From Desulfomicrobium sp. (lineage in GTDB: Bacteria; Desulfobacterota; Desulfovibrionia; Desulfovibrionales; Desulfomicrobiaceae): a DNA stretch of 64,000 nucleotides. The position numbers and the translations under genes are program-made. Where the stretch lies: NCBI GenBank assembly GCA_040768745.1, contig JAXGMI010000001.1:928001-992000 (forward strand), written 5' to 3'. Below the pieces are notes generated by a model, which saw nothing but the letters and a program-made list of their open reading frames with translations, made no database searches and was not told the origin of the DNA. This document shows positions 62,858-64,000 of this stretch, piece by piece (within the stretch, counting starts at the first letter, position 1; each line of letters begins with the position of its first letter).

Positions 62858-62995
62858 TTTGTCCTTGTCTCTGGGCTGCCAACTGCAGCCCTTGGTGGCT
62901 GGGCCTCAGCCATGAATCCCGATTTTCGGGAATACGACCTTGACCAGCACGATCCATACGCCGACGATAAGCAAGACATACAACAGATCTTCCAT
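62852..62995 (-). CDS. Small single-TM protein, candidate selenoprotein (UGA at codon 30; 29 aa if it is a stop, 47 aa if recoded)
   Basis: GAGGAGGG RBS; MEDLLYVLLIVGVWIVLVKVVFPKIGIHG-UGA(62908-62906)-GPATKGCSWQPRDKDKS*; SECIS-like hairpin downstream of the UGA. Confidence 0.65.
62873..62891 (-). promoter_or_regulatory. Putative bacterial SECIS element
   Basis: GGGCUGC-AGUUG-GCAGCCC starting 15 nt after the UGA; apical loop starts at +22 with G in position 2 followed by U. Confidence 0.55.
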
Positions 62996-63007
62996 ATTTC
63001 TCCCTCC

Positions 63008-63697
63008 TCACATTCCAAGCAGTTCATCCACGAGAAGCGGCACGCGCCGGGTGGCCTTTTCACGGAACACCCTGGCTCCCGGGATCCACCCCGGTTCGGC
63101 CTCGGGATCAATGACGAATACCACCGCCCGTGCCGGGGCCTCATGGGCCAGGGATGCCGCGGGATATACGGCCAGGGACGTTCCGATGATCAGGAGCGTG
63201 TCTGCCGTGGCCACCACTGCGCTCGCTTTGTGCATCATGGGTACGGGTTCCCCGAACCAAACCACGTCGGGCCGGAGCTGGCTGCCCAGGGGACAGGTGT
63301 CACCCATGCGGATGGGTCTGTATCCGATGTCCACGACTAGGTCCGGGTCCGCGGAGCTGCGTGCCTGGCACAGCTGGCCGTGCAGGTGCAGGACATTGGT
63401 TGAGCCGGCCCGTTCATGCAGATTGTCCACGTTCTGGGTGACTATTGTGACCCGGTACCCTTGCTCCAGACGGGCAAGGGCCGTATGGGCCTTGTTGGGC
63501 TGCGCGATTTCCAGTTGGGCCCGGCGCTGGTTGTAGAACTCCAGGACCAGTGCCGGACTCCGGGCAAAGGCTTCTGTTGTGGCCACGTCCTCGATGCGGT
63601 GCTTGAACCACAAGCCACCGGCACCCCGAAATGTGGGGATGCCGCTCTCGGCGCTGATCCCAGCGCCGGTCAAAACCACGACGTGTTTATAGTCCAT
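63008..63697 (-). CDS. cobB: NAD-dependent protein deacylase (sirtuin, class III-like)
   Basis: LTGAGISAESGIPTFR, FYNQRR, QPN.AH, TQNVD.LHERAG, HLHG, LRPDVVWFGE, GTSL.VYPAA. Confidence 0.92.
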   Translation of the reverse strand: MDYKHVVVLTGAGISAESGIPTFRGAGGLWFKHRIEDVATTEAFARSPALVLEFYNQRRAQLEIAQPNKAHTALARLEQGYRVTIVTQNVDNLHERAGSTNVLHLHGQLCQARSSADPDLVVDIGYRPIRMGDTCPLGSQLRPDVVWFGEPVPMMHKASAVVATADTLLIIGTSLAVYPAASLAHEAPARAVVFVIDPEAEPGWIPGARVFREKATRRVPLLVDELLGM

Positions 63698-63790
63698 GAA
63701 TGTTCCTGCGGATGAGGGCTGGCCGCTGCCCCATGTGTTTCGCATAGCACAGGGCAAGGGGCTGCAAAAGGGAAAAGGGGGGTGTTTTTC

Positions 63791-64000
63791 GTGACAGATT
63801 GGAGTGTTCTGCAAGACCTGGATCTGGTCGATGCCCATTGCCACCTGCAGGACGGGTTTCTGCGCCATGCCCTTGAGCCCGCCCTGATCCGGGCCAGGGC
63901 GGCCGGGGTACGCATGATGTGTTGTAACGGAACCCACCAGGGGGATTGGCCCTATGTGCTAGGTCTTGGAAAAAATCATGCGGACATCTGCGTTTCCCTG
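63791..64000 (+). CDS. TatD-family hydrolase, 5' part (runs off the window)
   Basis: Manual translation: ...LVDAHCHLQD...L.RARAAGV..MCCNGT...DW. Start GTG 63791 or 63782. Confidence 0.8.
   Translation, partial: MTDWSVLQDLDLVDAHCHLQDGFLRHALEPALIRARAAGVRMMCCNGTHQGDWPYVLGLGKNHADICVSL

Noticed and set aside
63008..64000. Sir2 plus TatD as an anti-phage defence system
   Set aside because: The sirtuin is a CobB-type deacylase, not a defence SIR2 domain; the genes are divergent and there is no HerA, pAgo or Thoeris partner.

Overview
A mostly core chromosomal segment of a GC-rich anaerobic bacterium. Gene content and order suggest Desulfovibrionales (Desulfomicrobium-like); this is inference. Left arm, minus strand: mogA, a PilS-like kinase, an EndoQ(PHP)-UvrD fusion, a CbiR-like TIM barrel, cobU and a DHH phosphoesterase. 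Then rmlA, an AT-rich interval with the hallmarks of oriC (three tandem 13-mers, a DnaA-box pair, a GC-skew flip), nrdJ, ftsEX, ilvD, RNA-modification genes, pyrE/purB, DUF39-DUF362, a divergent dnaA with dnaN-gyrB-gyrA, pyrBC, a PilR-like regulator, a degenerate CCA/HD protein, rlmN, hisI-hisG, a PilF-like lipoprotein, a B12 radical SAM protein, a high-GC iorAB-fusion/acyl-CoA ligase block, acs with a pseudo-receiver LytTR regulator, lepAB, comM/yifB, an M48 peptidase, an MscS-family channel and DUF4126. The right end holds an ATC-hydrolase-like gene, a bacterial cereblon (CULT) gene, a sirtuin and tatD. Most notable: (1) an unannotated small membrane ORF behind the sirtuin whose UGA is followed by a bacterial SECIS-like hairpin (candidate 47-aa selenoprotein); (2) the EndoQ-UvrD fusion ending in the beta-clamp motif QLSLF; (3) a probable oriC about 17 kb from dnaA; (4) a CCA-enzyme-like protein with both catalytic sites degenerate. 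I saw no tRNA, rRNA, CRISPR array or mobile element. All calls come from reading motifs by eye; no database searches were run.
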